Source: Ostrea edulis
Taxonomy: Eukaryota
DNA: 64,000 nt
Direction of reading: 5' to 3'
NCBI RefSeq assembly: GCF_947568905.1
Contig: NC_079170.1
Coordinates: 1,612,001 to 1,676,000 of the forward strand
Shown: positions 50,601 through 62,080 of the stretch, piece by piece
How the letters are laid out: the number at the start of each line of letters is the position of its first letter
Position numbering within the stretch: the stretch's first letter is position 1
Position numbers and translations under genes: made by a program
The notes under the pieces: model-generated
Told to the model about the DNA's origin: nothing
Database searches by the model: none
The model's input: the letters and a program-made list of their open reading frames with translations, nothing else

Positions 50601-53229
50601 CGACGATCTTGTTGTAATATTGTGCTCTGATTAGGACAAATAATAATCGTTAATTCAATAAAAGAGAACAGTAATTCATTAAATTGATAGTACACATTCA
50701 TTTGATTCATTTAAAGCACGCAATAATTGATTGATTGATTGATGTTTTCCGTCACACTCAACAATTTTTCAGTTATCTGGTGGCGCCCAGTTTTTTGTTT
50801 TTTGTTTTGGTGGAAGAGAGAACCCAGATACAATGTACCTTGGAAGAGACCACCGACTTTCCGAAAGTAAACTGGGAATTTTTTTCAGTTACCGGCGCGA
50901 GCGGGATTCGAACCCGTGCCGACAGCGGTGAGAGGCTGTGTGATTTTGAGCGCGATGCTCTAACCACTCGGCCACGGAGGCCCCCGCAATGATTGAAAAT
51001 CAAAGATATCATTAAACTATATTATTTTCAGTTACTTCATTTTATGCTAATCTGGCGCTCAATAGGTCTTATATATCTATGACATTTTATGTCATTACGT
51101 TTTGCGTTGAACTCGACGCAAATTGTACAAATGCAAAATGTAATAATTCAGTTTATCATATTCTGCGTTGTTATCAAGTACATATAATCTAGGGAAGGGG
51201 ACAAGAGGGACTGTCCCCTACCTTTATTTATAACATCCTTTATTTGTAAGTTTGGAATGTAGATACAAATTATATTAGGTGACCCTCCCCCACTTGACCC
51301 CGGCTTGAAAGTTTTGATATAATAGTAAGACACCTACCATCATCACCAATTAAAAAGATAAAATTGGTTAAAAAATTATGAGCCACTCAAAGTAGAGGAT
51401 TTTAACCATCCCATCCCACCCCAACCTTCAACGATTGAAAAAAAGGTGAGGTAGGGGATTATTGAGGCAGTCATTTCATATCATTTTATTTATTCGCTCA
51501 AATCAATCACAATGGTACAGGACGTACAAAACTTTGATTTTGTAGTTAGATAAACAATATTTCCAAGGGTATACATATTTAAATGATACATGCATATATA
51601 TGTTCATGAGCACAAATTAGACAATTAATAGATATACATGTTAGGGAGGACAACAGACGATCTCATGAATCTTGGAAATAAATATACTAAGTTTTTCAAA
51701 GTAAAAGGCTCTTTCACCCCCTCCCCCACGAATTAGGACTTTTAATATCGAACGAAACATATTGGTTTCTGTTTCGATTTTTTGTTTTGTTTTATTGTAG
51801 CTGTCCATCATCTTTTTTATCATTATTTTGCATGGCAAAAAGCTTTTATGCAAGGTTATTATTTATTATTTTTAAAAGAATTTAATTTTCTATTCTTTCT
51901 TCTAGCTGCCCCCCACCACCGCCAAAAAAAAAAAAAACCCCGATGACACATGCCTGGCTCTTACATGTACATTTTGCATTGCAACACATGTATTCTGATT
52001 ATATGAAGTAGAATTGCAACCTTTACAGAGTTTTCCTTCATTTACACAGTGAAAAGAATGGTAAACCAAATCACAAAACAAAATGCGAAAAACAAAGATT
52101 TTTTTAAGTTTAGGAACTTCATTCATGAATATATAAATACATGTATTCAGAAACATCGCATACATACATGTGTTTTAACGTTTCTGTAACATGCCATAAT
52201 GATTACTTTCAAAGTCAGTATTTTCTACATGCAAAATTCAAACTAATGCAAGGTGAAGATAAGGAAAGTGATCAATCTCATAACTCCTATAAGCAATAAG
52301 GAATAGATTGTTGGGCAAACACGGACCCCTGGACACACCAGAGGTGGGATCAGGTGCCTAGGAGGAGCAAACATCCCCTGTTGACCGGTCACACCCGCCA
52401 TGAGCCCTATATCCTGATCAGGTAAACGGAGTTATCCGCAGTCAAAATCAGTGTGCCAACAACGGCTTAACAATCGGTATGAAACACGTCAGACAGCATT
52501 TGACCCAATGCGAGGTTGTATTGACGAACTAGATCGTTATAACGACCATAGAAGTTGCGAAATGCTGACTTCATTCGAGACTATTGAAGCCCCTGTAGCA
52601 TCAACTTGTTTGTCAGTCGCTCACCTCGAATTAAAAACTGACTATACGCAGAACAAGCTCTTGCATATCGAATCAGTTGAGATACACAAACACCATATGC
52701 AGGTGATAATGGAATATTGCTACATAAATATGGGAAGTTGACGATGGAGAAGCTGAAATCATTCCGTTTGTCACACAGTTGAGTTATAATATAATTTTTT
52801 AAAATTTCAAATGATGAACTCAATTATAAGCATCAACTCCTTTAAGTTTGCAATCTATCGTCAATCACAAATTTTAAAATAGCTGGAAAGTTTTAATGTC
52901 CGTAAGCTTACACGTATATCAGTGATGCAAGGTGAAGATAACGAACAGTGATCAATCTCATAACTCCTACAAGCAATACAAAATAGATAGTTGAGCCAAA
53001 ACGGACCCCTGGACACACAGAAATGGGATCAGGTGCCTAGGAGGAGTAAGCATCCCCTGTTGACCGGTCACACCCGACGTGAGCCCCATATCCTGATCAG
53101 GTAAACGGAGTAATCCGCAGTCAAAATCAGTGTGCCAAGAATGGCTTAACAATCGGTATGAAACACATCAGACAGCATTTGACCCAATTTTCTTTCCTTC
53201 TGTGAAATTATATGGTACATTGGATTAGG

Positions 53230-53289
<60 letters not shown>

Positions 53290-56200
53290 AATCGATAATT
53301 AAGTACATGCAAAGTGACCCTAAATGATTATGTGATTCCTAAAATGAATTTTGAAAGTTGTACTATATTTTCGTTCATAAATTTCCTTTTACGTATTATT
53401 TGTGTAATTAACTGCTTATTTTGGACTTTTAAATTGCGAATGTAATACCCGTATTTTCACCCAGATGTATGTTTCCGATCACTAAGTTTGTATGTGATGA
53501 TCGATCAATTTTGAACTGTGCACGCAATTTGCCCAACTATCTATTTTGTATTGCTTGTAGGAGTTATGAGATTGATCACTGTTCGTTATCTTTACCTTGC
53601 ATCCAACTAGATACTCAGTGTATATGTACGTGCATAATCAGATTCCTGATTTCTATAAACTACAAAACCCCTGACGAGTCAAGCATTCAATTCAGGAAAA
53701 ATATTCGACTCTGATACACTGTACCTCCCCAGATTGAAGACATCCTGATTGGTACGGGTGAAGTGTGTCGCAGTCTGTACAATGGAATGAAACGTGTTCT
53801 AAAGTTCTGTCGAGATGCAAATAAAGTTTCTCATTTTGTTTCGTGGATTTATCAGAATAAAGAGAATTTAACAATTTAGGTAAGTGCACATCACCTGATG
53901 AATAGATGTCCGCATTTGATGTTTTTGGCGAATATGCTACGTGCATTACATATTATGCATACTAGTAAATATATACTGGAATGACACGGCGTATAGTATT
54001 CTCAATCGCGACAAAAAGTTACCTTTAAGTTTATCAATCAAATTTTATTGAGAAAGGTGAAGATAATGGACAGTGATCAATCTCATTACTCCTATAAGCA
54101 ATACAAAATAGAAAATTTGGCAAACACGGACCCCTGGACGCACCAGAGGTGGGATCAGGTGCCTAGGAGGAGTAAGCATCCCCTGTCGACCGGTTACATT
54201 CGCCGTGAGCCCTATATCCTGATAAGGTAAACGAATTAATTCGTAGTCAAAATTAGTTTACCAAGAACGGCCTAACAATCGGTTTGAAATACATCAGACA
54301 GCATTTGGCCAAATGATAGATTGTAATGGCATCGGTATAACGATCATAGGATTGGCAAAATGCTGGCTTTAAACGAGACTGTTGAAATCTCTACACCGCC
54401 ATCAACTTGTTTGTCTATCCCAAAATAATATTCTTAAGTTATTGCATGAGCATTTTGTTTTTACTTTGTTATTTGTTATACAGTCATATCCACTGTCTTG
54501 TTGCACATACGCGATTGACTAAATCCACAATGATTGACATAATGGAGAGATTGTTTTAGACACTTGTTCGTCTAACCTTGATGGAATTTGCATATTTACT
54601 ATAAAATTATACACTTACCGGTTACTAGTATGGATAACATATTACTTTCCTGAAAGTAATTTTTGCCTGCGCATTTGAAAAGTATCCTGTAATAGCCAGA
54701 ATCATCCGTATCAGCATTTTTTATGGTAAGCTTTCGAGATATGGAATCAACCTCCACCCTTTTGTTTGCTGAGAAATTGCTCCAATTTCCCAATTTTGTT
54801 CTTTGCCACTCTATCGTAGAAATTGCACTACCATTCAAAGTACAGTATCGACAATGAATTTTGTTTCCTTTGCTGACGACTGATGGTCCAGACAGGATCA
54901 CAGAAGGTTTATCTAAATGAAAAAAGGTTAAATTATCCGTTTCATGAAAAACTTAAAAATGCATCAAAATATATATTTTTGATTTTCCATACGTGTTATA
55001 TCTACGGTAACATCTTCACTTTTTCCAAATCCATGTGATGTGTGGACTAAGAGACAGTAAACTGATTCATCGTCCAAGTCAAAACCGTTTATAACAAGTT
55101 TTGAATGCATTCCTGGTTTTATGGTTGATCCTTCGAACTTTTTAGCGGAATGTTTCAGCTTGACGCTCTTCCCGATCTCTCCAGTTTTAGGTTTCTTTAG
55201 CCAGGTCATCCAGTTTGGAATTTCATTTGAATCAACGTCTGCCTCCAGGATGACTTGTCCTTTTAAGCTGACAGTATGTGGTATAGTGATTATAATCCTG
55301 GGTAATTCTGTAATATAAAGCAATCCTAACACTATCCATGTTCTGTACTTCCCTAAAATAAAAATTATTTTAATGAAAAAATGTGAGGAATTTCGTTGTT
55401 GCATAAGACAATGACGTGCCTTAAATTGTGAGGGCAATGATTACGTTAAGGTTTGATATCGGTGTCGAACTGTTTTATAGGAATGATGTACAGGATCGAA
55501 GGGTTTCGTGATACTCTTTATTTTGTTCAATTTCTTTGTATATCGCTTAATTAACACTACAGTTGGCTATTTTTATTTGACCAGTAATAATGGGGTCACT
55601 GTGCATGCATGGGTTATGCAATGTGAATGAAATAACCGGGAAATAATACTTCCTGGGGAAGTGTCTCGTACACCAAATAAAAGTCACCATGTTATACGCT
55701 TGTAAGTTGATTTCATGACCGGAAGGTAGTACATTTCTTTATCCTACCAAACATAATTGCATCGGTCTTTGGAGAATTTTTTATTCATTCAGGAGTCACC
55801 AACGGCAGGTGAAGTTTAAGAACGTTAGACCTATGTAACGCGCGTAAGGCCATATCAATGAGGATTCTTTATCGTATCAATGCCTGCCGCGACATGGAAC
55901 GTGAGAACGACTTCGAATTCATATGGACACTCACGAGTTTGAAATTACCTTGTCATCACTAAGAACTTGTCGCGATATAAGCGTGTGTAAACTCATTCAT
56001 TACCATATTCACAATTTGAGTGACCAAGCTTTCATTGGGATCACTGCGCTGCTGTTTCGTTCTTTTCCGCGAAGTGTCGATCCATGATGGGATTGTAGGG
56101 AGTATTGTATGAGTATAAAAGGTGATATGCTAAAAATGTTCAACACTATATATTTTATTACATTATTACTCTGCTTTTCGCGTCCCTTGCGTATAGCAAG

Positions 56201-56973
56201 TAAATAAGAAATTGGTTTTCATCGATATAGAATAAGATATTTCCTAACAACATACTTTGAATGATAACTCGCTGAAGATGTATATCAACCCTCAATTTCG
56301 GATGTTTATCGATCTTTCATTTCATGTGCAAATACAATAATCGATGAAATATCGGCTTTGTCTATGGTAGGTACATCAATGATTATATATACACAGAATT
56401 TTTCCAAATGCAATGTCACTTACGGAAGACAGCTCCTCCGACATTACCTATCAGTGGATACACATAGTTAATTTTGCTATCTATTAAGACGTAGATACAG
56501 AAATAAATTACAAGTATACCTGACAATAACCTCATTTAGGTGCATGTTCTAGGTGACATTGGAATCTAACATTTGTTTAACGTATATTTTTAAAGATATT
56601 CTCGAGAACAGAACTCTACAATTTGTTAATTAAGATTCAAGCATCCATATAGACATAGGTGGATTGAATAGTTTTTACTTACTCTTGAGGTCAACTTTAT
56701 TACTTGACTCAATGTCTCCTTTCGCATCGCCTACTTGTAGACAATAGATATGTCCTTTGGTAAAGGTTGGGTCTTTGATGAGTAGATGTGGGTATGGGTG
56801 GTATTGACTGTTCAGGTATTCCTCCTCAGATATGTCCACTTCTGTAAGGCTGTTCTTATGTAGTACACACCATCTCGCAAAAATCATTCGAGAAGACAAT
56901 CTACAGCTCCTCAATGACACTGAGAAAATTCTTTCCCTGGGATTCCAGAGGCCGATTATAGAAACCAGTGACC
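38692..56973 (-). CDS. Unnamed multidomain gene: 3x Ig-like, DZIP3-type HEPN, 2x TRADD-N-like, ankyrin repeats (5' end incomplete)
   Basis: Phase-1 symmetric exons 56683..56973, 54993..55307, 54619..54912, 48747..48956, 46242..46484, 44826..45317, 44227..44742 and terminal 38692..40211, all with AG/GT flanks and open frames, join in frame (about 1290 codons). The segment 46242-45557 is unresolved. Linkage into one transcript is inferred from phase and strand. Confidence 0.7.
40735..41035 (-). mobile_element. Penelope-like RT fragment next to (TA)n
   Basis: YPCELKIKDTTESSTSASYLDILL...LYDKRDDFSFSIVSFPYLCSNI. Confidence 0.88.
41598..41965 (-). mobile_element. Penelope-like RT fragment next to (TA)n
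   Basis: FNSTFRYIDDVL (catalytic YIDD)...SPAYGVYISQLIR. Confidence 0.9.
42232..43609 (+). mobile_element. Tc1/mariner DNA transposon, 1378 bp, 37-bp perfect TIRs, TA TSD, in an intron of the Ig-HEPN-ANK gene
   Basis: TIR cagtagtacgacataaatgagttcgcaaaatggccga at 42232-42268 and its reverse complement at 43573-43609; TA on both sides. Confidence 0.97.
42442..43488 (+). pseudogene. Tc1-family transposase with one in-frame TAG (43267-43269)
   Basis: HTH N-terminus, FSDE, QEDNAPCH, WPP*IPD..NIIENVW; the same frame continues to ITKY-TAA at 43488. Confidence 0.93.
44227..44742 (-). CDS. TRADD-N-like repeat 2 exon
   Basis: 172-codon phase 1-1 exon with GSILLILRFSSAAQYQSF...GFVDRNISELLL...IFGLSRGEIDVEI. 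Confidence 0.75.
44826..45317 (-). CDS. TRADD-N-like repeat 1 exon
   Basis: 164-codon phase 1-1 exon ending PLKLKASFQCLEDYTNF...YTDVFGLTPSDVSIEV. Confidence 0.7.
45568..45760 (-). CDS. Possible extra exon (helical linker) of the Ig-HEPN-ANK gene
   Basis: Open frame IVIYKKFLF...NLKNIMTEL ending at a phase-1 G|GTAAAA donor that fits the next exon; no convincing acceptor found. Confidence 0.4.
46242..46484 (-). CDS. HEPN (DZIP3-like) C-terminal half exon with R-X4-H motif
   Basis: DLDISQMYLILRK...PTNGWNKRP...SDDIERIHQNRNAFAH; the 3' boundary is uncertain (GTATCA donor assumed; the frame stays open to 46183). Confidence 0.8.
47190..47640 (+). mobile_element. Highly degraded Tc1-like transposase relic
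   Basis: atgctggaagctgggatgtct (MLEAGMS) and ccatggcttctcc...atagaacgtgtatgggat (WP..SPD...IE.VWD-like). Confidence 0.5.
48470..48640. repeat. Interspersed repeat also present at 38405-38585
   Basis: accaattttgatgcaccagatgcgcatttcga...gtgatgctcaa shared. Confidence 0.7.
48747..48956 (-). CDS. HEPN (DZIP3/hRUL138-like) N-terminal half exon
   Basis: CNYHRLVELEEIATKALRNHFNQTIPPMQLKDHI fits the NF.RL..L......ALR..F...IP...L start of this domain; AG/GTAAGT, phase 1-1. Confidence 0.75.
49390..50165 (-). mobile_element. L2/CR1-type LINE 3' fragment
   Basis: KLNDGKTEI, VKNIGAALD, VISHLDYHNALL, LQVVQNNATR, HISPVLQQLHWL. Confidence 0.88.
50726..50985 (-). mobile_element. Full-length tRNA-derived SINE with (ATCA)n tail
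   Basis: A-box tggccgagtgg, B-box ggttcgaatcc, tail atcaatcaatcaat; flanking cgcaat[a/g]attga looks like a TSD. Confidence 0.9.
52245..52790 (-). mobile_element. Penelope-like element 3' portion
   Basis: DKRNDFSFSIVNFPYLCSNIPLSPAYGVCVSQLIRYARAC plus 3' module. Confidence 0.9.
52925..53190 (-). mobile_element. Penelope-like 3' terminal module
   Basis: Near-identical to 52245-52510. Confidence 0.9.
53234..53283. repeat. (CT)n microsatellite
   Basis: Directly visible. Confidence 0.97.
53520..53602 (+). mobile_element. Penelope-like 3' tip, inverted orientation
   Basis: ttgcccaactatctattttgtattgcttgtaggagttatgagattgatcactgttcgttatct. Confidence 0.8.
54048..54418 (-). mobile_element. Penelope-like 3' portion
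   Basis: Same terminal module. Confidence 0.85.
54619..54912 (-). CDS. Ig-like (I-set) exon C
   Basis: KPSVILSGP, IEWQR, KLTIKNADTDDSGYYR; catttag acceptor, GTAAGT donor. Confidence 0.85.
54993..55307 (-). CDS. Ig-like (I-set) exon B
   Basis: VILEADV, MTWLKK, KLVINGFDLDDESVYCLLV; tattacag acceptor (alternative in-phase AG about 45 nt upstream), GTATGG donor. Confidence 0.8.
56683..56973 (-). CDS. Ig-like exon A of the Ig-HEPN-ANK gene
   Basis: tttccag acceptor, GTAAGT donor, 97 codons, phase 1-1; W in the C strand, HLLIKD and YCLQV in the E/F strands. Confidence 0.7.
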
Positions 56974-57196
56974 CTGGAAAACGTCAAGAATTGTTTTAAA
57001 AAATACATTTTGAAGAGTTATTCCATAGAAAATGATATACTGTTTGTAAAATGGGTTCAAGTGGAAAATTACTTGACATGAAAACGTAGAATTTGGTTTC
57101 AGTTTATTTCATTACTATGTAATCTATAATTTCTAAAGACATGGATACAAATTTTATGTGATGATAGTGCTCTTCTGATTTTTGAAGAACATGGAT

Positions 57197-57850
57197 GGAA
57201 TATGAAGATAACAAACAGTGATCAATCTGATCACTCCTATAAGCAACACAAAATAGATAGTTGCTCCAACACGGACCTCTGGACACACCAGAGGTGGGAT
57301 CAGGTGCCGGTCACACCCTCCGTGAGTCCTATATCTTGATCAGGTAAACGGAGTTATCTGTAGTTGAAATTATTGTGGTAAGAACGGTCTAACAGCATTT
57401 GACTCAATGATAAGTTGTATTGACAAACTATATCGTTACAATGACCATAGACTTTGCGAAATGCGCACTTTAAACGAGACTGTGATGATGGAATATTGCT
57501 ACACAAATAAGGGAAATTGACGATGGAAAGGCTGAAATCATCCTGTTTGTCATAAAGTTGAGTTGTTGGTGTGTCGTTAGTATCGACTTTTAATAAAGAA
57601 TCTAAATATGAAGCAGACGACACTGTGATGTCTTTTATTTGGAGTTCGTGGGGATATATCGAATCGACACGTGGATGAAAGCTATTACTGTTAATAGATA
57701 CCTTTCATCTAAATGTCGCATTGAAGGTCAAAGAAGAGCCTTTTTTTTCTCACGCATTAATTGAATACATTTTGCTTCATAGAGATATAAAAACAGGTCA
57801 GCTAATAAAGAAACACAATTCATACCCATGAGAATTCCAACAGACTGTTT
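57197..57850 (-). mobile_element. Penelope-like RT C-terminal fragments
   Basis: ASYLDSLL...LYDKQDDFSLSIVNFPYLCSNIP; MGMNCVSLL-like at 57810-57830. Confidence 0.85.
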
Positions 57851-58514
57851 GTGATAGAATAAATACGAATTTCTATATGTATTTATTCGTTTTGATATTT
57901 TTCATTGATCGTTTTGCTAAATACAATCTTAAAATTCACTTTACCGTGATTTCAATTGCGCATTTGGATTGAGTTGGCTGAGTAAAGTTTTATTCTGTTA
58001 TTTCATTGGTTCTTTGATTTCATTGGTCATTTCATATTTCTTTATCCAATAATAGTATTTCAGTATATGTATAAATCTACCGCGCTTACCTATGTAGTTA
58101 GAGCCGTAATACGTTTTGAAGAATTACAACCAGCTGATATCTTCCGCATCTTATGGTATGTTATTTCTATATTAAAGTATATGTTTCATTTCCATATAAA
58201 GAGCCGATATACGTAATTATTTTGATTGCAGGTTCTTTACTTTATTGTAATTTTGCTTTCAAAGTCGTAATGCAAGGTGAAGATAACGAACAGTGATCAT
58301 AATGATTATATGAGTCTGTAAGATCGTAATATAAATTATTTACAGAACACATGTACATATTTTTGTGAAGTATAGTATGTTTCTAAAACGTTTACTGTGG
58401 GTACAATTTACAATTTTCATATTTCACTTATGTTTTTCTTTCTTGATTTGTAATATTATCTATCTGTTATTGTAGGTCAATGCCTTTATTTTCTACTGAA
58501 TAAATTAATAAAAT

Positions 58515-59400
58515 CAACATCTGCCTTCCTGCTCGGTTACATCTTGAAAGACCTGATCACCAAAGACCACGAAGATATTGTCAATGAGGAACTCTAGCAT
58601 ATTTTTTATTTCAACTTCAGAGTAAGTTTTTTGAATGACTGATCACTAGATATGAATATTTCCGTTTTCCGTTTTTGTTGAAGAAGCAACTGTCTATGAT
58701 GTCAAAAAGTCTAGTCTTTAATTTATCGTGAGGAATGGTTGTGTATTGTTGTCAATGAAGAACTCCAGCGCATTCTCTATTTCAACGTCAGAGTGCTTGT
58801 GCGTGGAATCAGAGTGATGTTAAGAAAGTAATTTTGTGGATAACTAATCACTACATAGGAATATATCCTTTTTGCATTCTTGTTGAAGAAGCAGCTGTCT
58901 ATGATGTCAAAAAGTCTAGTCTTTAATTTATCGTGAGGAATAGTCATGTATAGTGTTGAATCATAGAGTTTGATGCTATTGCGTTGGGAAAAGTTTTGCG
59001 ATTTCAAGTTTACTAAAAGTTCTTTAGAATTTTTTAGAATCCAAATTTGATTAACACCACTTCTGGCATATGCATTCGCACAGTAAGTTTGAAGTTTCTC
59101 CTTCACGGCTGTTAATATGTTCTTGAGGAGCAAAGATAAGGGCTTGGTAGAACACTTACTGGATCCAGCAATGTATCTTTGTAAGGGTTTTATGTAGTTT
59201 AGGAATCCAGTATAGGTACGGTAACTCATATTCATTCGACCCATTGACTGGGATATTAAATGTGTCTAAAACTGAAGTATGGTTTTGAAGAATTTCATCT
59301 TCTGAAAGGGAAGCTCGAGTATAAGTACGATTACCAAAAGTGGAATTAATAACTGATTGAAACTTACATATACATTCAAGTAACGAATAGGAATATCTTT
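58515..59400 (-). mobile_element. Penelope-like RT N-terminal fragment with internal duplication
   Basis: QRYIAGSSKCSTKPLS...SGVNQIWILKNSKELL...IPHDKLKTRLFDII. Confidence 0.88.
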
Positions 59401-59544
59401 AATAAGAGTTGCTTAACATGTTGGAATTGACCTATGATGCTAAGATGTCTTTTTGAAATTTCTCTGTTCGAATACATCTTAACGTAGTATGACGTTTATA
59501 ACTGTGACATTGACAAAGATGATACCTGAAAAGATGTTAAAAAT

Positions 59545-59648
59545 CCCACCTCTGGTGTTTCCAGGGGTCCGTGTTTGCCCAACTATCTATTTTGTATTGC
59601 TTGTAGGAGTTATGAGATTGATCACTGTTCGTTATCTTCACCTTGCAC
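59545..59648 (+). mobile_element. Penelope-like 3' tip, inverted orientation
   Basis: cccacctctggtgtttccaggggtccgtgtttgccc...cttcaccttgca. Confidence 0.85.
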
Positions 59649-60659
59649 CAGACTTGCATATTTATTTATTCTATGTATATATCCATATTTTTATGTTTAT
59701 GTTGCAAACTGTTTTCAGTGCTGCATGCGCATCTTAATATAACTAATCCCTGTGTATATATATGCATGACTTGTGATGTCTGTATATATGTATACGTCCT
59801 GTTTTATTTCAAATTTCTGTTTTTATGTCTATGCATGCAATTATATATCATTAGTGCTTTGTGGTTTTTTTTAAAAATGCTATATAGTCGGTTAAAGAGC
59901 TCTTAGCTCATGTTTATTGTTTACCTGTATATAGTTTCCGACTTTAAATAAAAATTACTTACTTACTTACTTACTTAGACTAGTTCAACGCGCAATATTG
60001 ATAACTTTAAATACACTTTCATTTAGTGTAAAGGCAAACGCAAAGGTTTGAGTATTGCTTTTCAATGGCTTCATGTCGCTTTTAACATTTGAAGGTGCAG
60101 AGTGTGGAACTGTATAAATCATTTTCAGGCCGTGAAAATCAGTTGAATGAAATGATAGTCACGTCATTGATTATTTTTTATCAATATCGCATTAAAGGGA
60201 CTGGTTCACGAATTTTGAACAAAACATTTTTCATTTTCGATGTAAACATTAAAAATATAACTTATCTAATGTTGACAGCCAAAATTGTGACCTGAATGCA
60301 AGAATAAAAGCCTTAAATCTGTGTTATGTAAACAAAAATTCGAGTCTTTTTATGTATACAAACAAAGAAGTGAAATAATGAACTCTCTAAAATGAGCCTC
60401 TGTGATAATGTATAACCTTAATTTTCATGTAAAATCTTTTAAACACATTATACAGCAGATTTTGATCATAGAAAGTGAAAAACAAAATATGGGGAAAATT
60501 GTGAATTAGCCCTTTTAACCTTTTAAAGTATATTTTTTTTAATCTGTGAGTACCTCTATTTTAACAAAAATGTGAAATTAACGAACATTATCATAAATCT
60601 TATAAAGAATACAAATTCTTGAAAACAGCAGAGGTGAAATTTGGTGCATAGGGGAGAAA

Positions 60660-61045
60660 GGGAGCCCATCATCTTAATAATCCGTAATCCGTAGTCAAAA
60701 TTAGTATAAGAAGAACTGCCTAACAATTAGTATGAAATAAGTCAAACAGTATCCGATCTAACAATATGTTATATTTGCATATAAAATCATTATATCGTTC
60801 CCCTAATTTTGCGAATTGCATGACTTGAGACAGGATTTTTGAAACCTCTGGGACATTAACTTACATTTTAGTCACCGGTCTCGTTTGAGAAAATAACCAT
60901 AACATGCTCTTGTATATCGAAATAGTTGGGAAATATAAAGGCCATATGTAGATGAGAATGGAATATTGCTAAATAAAATGGAAAGTTGACGTTTGAGATT
61001 GCTAAATAAAATTGACGTTTGAGAAGGCGAAGTCATCCCGTTTGT
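60660..61045 (-). mobile_element. Degenerate Penelope-like 3' portion
   Basis: atccgtagtcaaaattag, ggaatattgcta, tcatcccgtttgtt. Confidence 0.6.
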
Positions 61046-61701
61046 TATTAAGTTGAAATATCAACTTTAGAATATTTGTGTGTAGAAACAGAACGATTTT
61101 CACAGAGTATTTAAAAACAATGTTTGATGCACATTTGTATTGTAATTTGCAAACCTTCTTGACTGACCATCTTCATAAAACTCAGATCACTGCCGACGAA
61201 AATTCCCTGCCCTTGAGCTGTAAAATGAAGAAACTCTTTCAATTGAATCATTCAAAGATCGAATGTAAATATTAGGTACACAACCCGTTATGTAACATTC
61301 TTGTCAGATATATATTTTATTTGGAAAACAAGTCGGAAAAACAGAACTAACCTTCCAAGCCCGATATGAAAATTCTTCTCAAAGTTTAAAAAAATAATTT
61401 GCTACTTTTACACCGAGAAAAGATCAAGGATTATGCTAGCATATTCTATTTTCCTTGCGTTATGACATTTGCTACGTAAATGTGTATGCAAATTCATAAT
61501 TTGTTATACGATGCGTAGAGAAAAGAGCTGGACTTGCTATATTAAAGATTCTTATTTAGTTACGATAGCATGCGTCAAGGAGAATTAATCTTAGAATATT
61601 GGTAGAAACTGGAGAACATGGGACTGAAAAGTGAAGCTTCCAATTTTAGTAGATGCCGTAACTATTCTCTCATTTATACACGTTTTCGTCATTTCTTTTA
61701 C

Positions 61702-62035
61702 CCGAGAAAACAATTTTCTTGAACCCGATTCTTTTCATGTAACATTCAGTGAAGAACATATGACCCACTTCAGATATAACCTTTTGGACTTAAAGCTTCT
61801 ATTAAAACTCCTATTAAATTCCCATAATGATCATAACTTGAAGAAAATGAAGCTACGCTATGGGAGGATGTTGTCAAATTGACAAATATAACGTTGTTCA
61901 AGCCCTTGAGAAGATTTTCAAAATTTTTCCTGTGATATTTATTCATGTGTGAAGCTTTACAGTCCCGATCTGGGAAATATTTTTTGAAAGGAATTTCTAA
62001 TGCACTCCTAAATGTATTTGTCAAATTTGCATCCA

Positions 62036-62036
<1 letters not shown>
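61702..62036 (-). CDS. Candidate first coding exon of the Ig-HEPN-ANK gene (needs a 1-nt frameshift correction)
   Basis: ATG at 62036; ORF stops at 61770, but removing one base of the A4 run near 61783 continues the frame to a phase-1 G|GTAAAA donor at 61702 that matches Ig exon A. Confidence 0.3.

Positions 62037-62038
<2 letters not shown>

Positions 62039-62076
<38 letters not shown>
62039..62076. repeat. (CT)n microsatellite
   Basis: Directly visible. Confidence 0.97.

Positions 62077-62080
<4 letters not shown>

Noticed and set aside
50900-50985. tRNA gene
   Set aside because: A and B boxes are present, but the sequence continues into a SINE body with a simple-repeat tail and TSD; no full cloverleaf.
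52245-52450. Hammerhead ribozyme or SECIS in the PLE 3' module
   Set aside because: No CUGANGA...GAAA core on either strand and no RUGA..AA..GA SECIS geometry visible by eye.
53715-53936. 84-aa ORF between Ig exon C and HEPN as an extra exon
   Set aside because: The full-length version exits in phase 0, which does not fit; only a 42-nt phase 1-1 sub-exon (53895-53936) is possible and nothing supports it.
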